From assembly GCF_009914755.1 (NCBI RefSeq), contig NC_060939.1: a stretch of DNA of 64,000 bases; one strand, 5' to 3'. The position numbers were made by a program, and so were the translations under genes. Positions 58,486 to 64,000 of the stretch are shown here, piece after piece. The notes under the pieces were generated by a model. It searched no databases, was not told the DNA's origin, and saw nothing but the letters and a program-made list of their open reading frames with translations. This DNA comes from the human T2T-CHM13v2.0 reference genome, Homo sapiens. Numbering within the stretch: position 1 is the first letter of the stretch; the number at the start of each line of letters is the position of its first letter.

Positions 58486-59750
58486 CAGATGTGGAGGGAG
58501 CGGAATGGGTGCTGGAGACATGGGCAAGGACACTATCGCTTTTGCAGTGCCTGCTACATTTTCTCACTTCACACTCCCAACAATGCCATGTGGTAGATGT
58601 TATAATCTGTGTTTATAGATGAGAAAATTAGATTCTGAGAAATTAAGTACCCTGCCAAGTCATTCTGGTGAATGGTAGAGCTGAGTGTTGACTCTTGGTC
58701 AGCAAAGCTGATGACCTTCTTACCAACAATGCTGAACCGCAAGATTGCCAGGGCCCTGACATTGTTTCAGGGTAAAGAAGCCAGGAGACAACATCGGAGG
58801 CAGGAGCTGTGCTGTATTCATCCTGAAAAGTTCTGGAGGAGGAAGCCACCTACGGGTCTCTGAGTGGGTGGTGGGGGGCAGATGGAAGTGGAGGGGCAAG
58901 GCTAAAACCTTAAGGAACTGCCTGTCAGTGAGCACTCCTGGGAGAATCAGAACACTGGGAGGAAAGAGGTCAAGGAGACAGCCTTCCTGCCACATAGATA
59001 GAACATTCTGGTGGATGGAAATTTCCACGAGTGCTTCAGCCTTTCTGCCTGGCTTACACAGAAATGGATCTTAGAGCTACTGGCCAGAAGATCACCTTTA
59101 CCGAAAGCATCTTGCAGTCATCCTCCTTTCCAAGCCGCCTTCCAGTAAGACTCACAATGGAAGGTCCCCAACCTGGAGCAAGGATACAAGCCAAGTAAGT
59201 GAAAAAAAGGCACTGTTTCTGAAGCATAAAGAAAACCTTTCACCCCTTTACTTTTAAAATCCCGGTATCCATGACAACTGGACGGAGGGTAGAAAGTGGC
59301 TGTCCCCTCCCCTCTTCATTGTTTAACTTTCAGTTGCTGCAGCAACTGAGTATACTGGGCCCAGCCAGATTCTCTGGGTGCTTTCTTCTTTCTTAGTTCC
59401 CCCTTTATTGTGGGCCCTCCTCAGTGCCAACATTGCTTTGTCTCTCGCTGGAGAAGCCTGTGAGAACGAGGATGGGCAAAGTGTCAGGCTCTTGGTGCAG
59501 CTGAAAATCCTTTGAGATGGAAGAAATGGCTGGAACAAAGGGGCAGAGGAACAAAAAGCCCTGAACTGCTTCGCCCCTGCCTCGTGGGGTCTTTATCATC
59601 TTAAACCTTGGGATTTGTGAGTGTCTAACTTTTCCTTTCCCAGGGATGGCTTGGCAGGGATACAGACAGAGTGGGCCTAGGAAACTGGCTGGGCAACAGT
59701 CTCAGCAGAGACTGCTTCCCAGGGAGACAGAGCCTGGTTAACTGAGGTCA

Positions 59751-60007
59751 TCCTCTTTTTCTTCATTCCTTTTTGATTCTTCTTTTTTCCCTCCCTCCCT
59801 CCCTCCCTCCCTTCCTTCCTTCCTTCCTCTCTCCCTCCCTCCCTCCTTTCCTTCCTTCTCTCCCTCCCTCTTCCCTTCTCTCCCTCTTCCCTCCCCTCCC
59901 TTTTCCCTTTCTCTTTTCCTTTTTCCTTACCTTCTTTTTCCTCCTCCTGCTTCCTCTCTCTCACCTTCTTTTTCTTTCTCCTTCCCTTTCTTCTATCCCT
60001 CTCTCTC
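59751..60007 (+). repeat. Polypyrimidine tract, (CCCT)n/(CCTT)n
   Basis: ~250 bp almost exclusively C/T. Confidence 0.92.
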
Positions 60008-61073
60008 GTATCTGTTTATGGTTAATACTTTCCCATTTGAGAAAATTCTAAACAATTAGGTGGACCTTCAAAACCTTTGTGTATTCAATGTATTTCAATA
60101 ATTTGCCTTGAAGAAACCAGATATGTGCACAAAGTTATCTTTTTGGTAATGTGTCACAGTATTGATACATTTATAAAATAATGGGAAAAGTCTACATGGA
60201 GAGAAATAAGATCAGTCAGATTCACTGTGTCTTATTTTATTCTGGCAAAAGAATCATTTTTCATTCACTCATTCTACAGCTGCATGTTGGCCCTGTGCTG
60301 ATGGCCAGAGAGCAACAGTGAGCAAAACAGACATGGCCTCTCCTTAATGAAACTTAGAGATACAGTCAGATAACTCAGAAATAAATGCAATTCACAAATC
60401 ATGGTCAGTGCCATGATGAGGAATGATGGGATATGAAGAGAGGGCGTATCAGTGGCATTTAACTTCATCCAGGGACGAGGGAAGATTTCTCTAAAAACCA
60501 ATGACTTTTGAATTGTGACCTGCAGGATGTGCTGGAGAAACGTGGTGAATGGGTGGAGTGAGGCAGAGCAGGCCAGGCAGAGGGGCTGCCACACTCACTG
60601 CAAGGGCCCAGTTGTCGGGGGAGCATGGCTTGTTCAGGGGACAGAAGGAGGCTGGCCAGCTGGCCTACAGAGTGGGGTCTGGGAGCCGGTGAAGGTCTGG
60701 AGGGGAGACAGGGTACCCTCTGGGCATGTCTTTATGGTAAGAGTAATGGGCAGCTTCAGTGTGGCCAGGGAAGGGGTAAGGGGTCAAGGGTGGTGAAGGT
60801 TGTGGGACAAAGTCAGATTTGCAGAGAAATCACTGTGGCTGCAGTGGGGAGGAAAGTTTGCAAGGGGCATAATGGGTTTGGGGACCGGCCAGAATGCCAC
60901 TGCAGTAGTTCAGGAGAGACAAAGGGCATTTGGATCCTGTGGTGGAGGTGGAGATGGTGAGAAGGTGGATGGGAGAGGAGGAATTCAGGAGGTAAAACCA
61001 ATGGAATGTGGTGGTGATGGATTGGATATTGTTGGGGGGGCGGGTATAAGAGGGAGGGAAAGATCAAGGATGG

Positions 61074-61849
<776 letters not shown>

Positions 61850-62124
61850 GACCACTTCTGGGCTTCTGACTCCATCTCCAGATGGATGTTCGAGCCATTC
61901 TATGGGAGTGGAAACTAGATGAAAAGCCTATTTCAGAGAAAAGACCTTGAGTTTATCTTAGATCTGTGGAGTTAGATGTACTTTTAACTCATTCATTCAT
62001 TCTCGAATGTCCATTAAGTGACACCATAAGGTAGGCACTGGATTAAGTGCTGGGGATATATATATATGCAAGTTAGTCATGACTCCTGCCCCCAAGATAC
62101 TCAGAATTTAATGGGGATAGACCT

Positions 62125-62505
62125 TGATATAGTTTGGATTTGTGTCCTCACCCAAAGCTCATGTTGAATTGTAATTCCCAATGTTGTAGGAGGGGCCTGG
62201 TGGGAGGTGTTTGGATCATGGGGTGGACGTCCCCCTTGGTGCTTTTGTGACAGTGAGTGAGTTCTCATGGGATGTGGTTGTTTAAAAGTGTGTAGAATCT
62301 CTCCCTTCACTCTTTCTCCTGCTCCAGCCATGTAAGATGTGCCTCCTTCCTCTTCACCTTTTTCAATGAATCGAAGTTTCCCGCAGTCTCCCCAGCCATG
62401 CTTCCTGTACAGCCCACGGAACCATGAGCCAATTAAACCTCTTTTCTTTATAAATTTCCCAGTCACAGGTAGTTCTTTGTAGCAATGTGAGAACAGACTA
62501 ATACA
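62125..62505 (+). mobile_element. MSTA-like MaLR solo LTR
   Basis: TGATATAGTTTGGAT...GAGCCAATTAAACCTCTTTTCTTTATAAATT...GACTAATACA; 5-bp TSD GACCT. Confidence 0.9.
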
Positions 62506-64000
62506 GACCTCAAACACGTAAGCAAGTATAATGTTGCAGGTGGAACATATGCTATGAGTGAGAGATAAATTGAGAGCCTACAATAATGGGATTTTATCTA
62601 GTAAAAGAGGTCAAAAAGGGGTTCCTTGAGGAAGAACTACTTAAAAAAGGATAACTAGCAAAAAAGAGAAAGAGCATTCTGGACAGGGAGAACAGTATAT
62701 GCAAAGGTCCTGTGGTGAGTGAAAGCAGAAAAAGCATGAGGAATGGGAAGCTGGGTAGTGCAGCAGAGGTGCAGAGAGCATAGAGGCCACTTAAGGTGAG
62801 GTGAGCCTGGGGAGGTGAACATCAGCCGGGCTATGGAGGGTCATGGAAGCCAGGTGGAAGAACTTTATGTAGTTCCTAAGAGCAATGGAAAGCCCTGCAA
62901 GATTCTGAGCCAGGGTGTGCATGATTTAAATATAAAAGCCATCTCTTTGCCTGTCATTTGGCAAATGGATAGGAGGAGGGCAGAGTGGACGAAAAGACTT
63001 CAGAAGTCCAGAGACAAGGAGGGTAGTGGTGCCGGAGACACACATAACTAGACAAATTCAAGAGATATCTGGAAGGGAGATTTGAATGGCCTCAGTGACC
63101 AACTGGATATGGAGTGAGGGAGAGGGAGGCAGTGAAGATGACTTTTGGGTCTCTTGCACCTACTAGCACATGACAGAGAATGCTGAATGAGCGCCAGCAT
63201 TGGGAAATGTAGACTCTGGGGTGCACTGGAGCCATTCAAGAGAAGGGGCTGGAAGGCTGCTGGATATTCCCAACTAGAGCTTAGGGGAGAGCTGGGCCAG
63301 GTGGGGAAGGCTGGACCCAAAACAGATTCTGGAGGAGCGGGCAGAGCTGGCAAAGAATTGCCTTCTCCATCATAGCAAAGGGACAGAGTATGTGTGCGCA
63401 TTTGCAGGGAGGTTTGCAAGCTCAGTAACAGGAAAATGAGGGAGTTGCTGCTTTCTGATGGCTTCTAATTTTTCTGAGTAGAAAGAGGTGAAGTCGTCTG
63501 CTTTTAGTGAAAAAAGAGGAAGCTGGGTGGAAGGCTGTGGGAAATTGGCAGGGAAGGTTTAAAATGATGTTGGAGAATAATGAAACAGGGAAACGTTTGC
63601 ATTATGTGAACTGAAAAATAGAAAGTTACAAAATAGAAGGTATGTATGACTTTAATTTTGGGCAGAAAAAGTAAAATGGTAACGTACACATAAGTACATA
63701 TACATATATACATATCTATATGCTCATATACACACTTCATGATTAGTTGGACTCTAAGCAATTTAAAATACTTTGTTCTTTTCTTCATTTTCTAAATTTG
63801 CAAAAATAAACATGTATTGCTCCTGCAATAAAAACCTCTTATTTCTAAAAAAGTTTATAAAACCCTTTGCTTTCATTCTTTTTATTGAGGACTTGTATAT
63901 TATTAATTTGAAAAATTATTGTTAAACCTTTTTTAGCTTAAAATAGCAAAATAACAACAACAACAACAAGTATTTGTTGACAAGAAATGTCTTTAGCTTA

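Overview
Primate, almost certainly human, non-coding genomic DNA: it carries an AluYa5 with all five diagnostic bases. I find no convincing intact protein-coding gene. The ORF track is mostly Alu-, LTR- or low-complexity-derived. Much of the window is interspersed repeat: about 30 Alus, solo LTRs (LTR7/HERV-H, MER41, LTR47-like, MLT1, MST, LTR33-like), DNA-transposon relics (MADE1, MER44, MER45, MER20, MER58, MER5, MER103, MER104) and L1/L2/MIR fragments. Best leads: (1) an old ~0.45 kb local duplication (8001-8430 / 11346-11800) whose best-preserved part holds a CTCF-like motif, next to AP-1 and homeobox sites; (2) a polyadenylated, protein-like 100-codon minus-strand remnant at 47.4-47.9 kb (candidate retrocopy, parent not recognised) beside a strong plus-strand 93-bp exon; (3) an LTR7, CpG-rich element and head-to-head MER41/LTR47 cluster at 24-28 kb; (4) a MADE1 hairpin with matched changes in both arms; (5) several nested-insertion and micro-inversion signatures. 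I cannot support a wholly new biological system here. Repeat family names come from recalled consensus sequences, not a database search, and boundaries are hand-placed.
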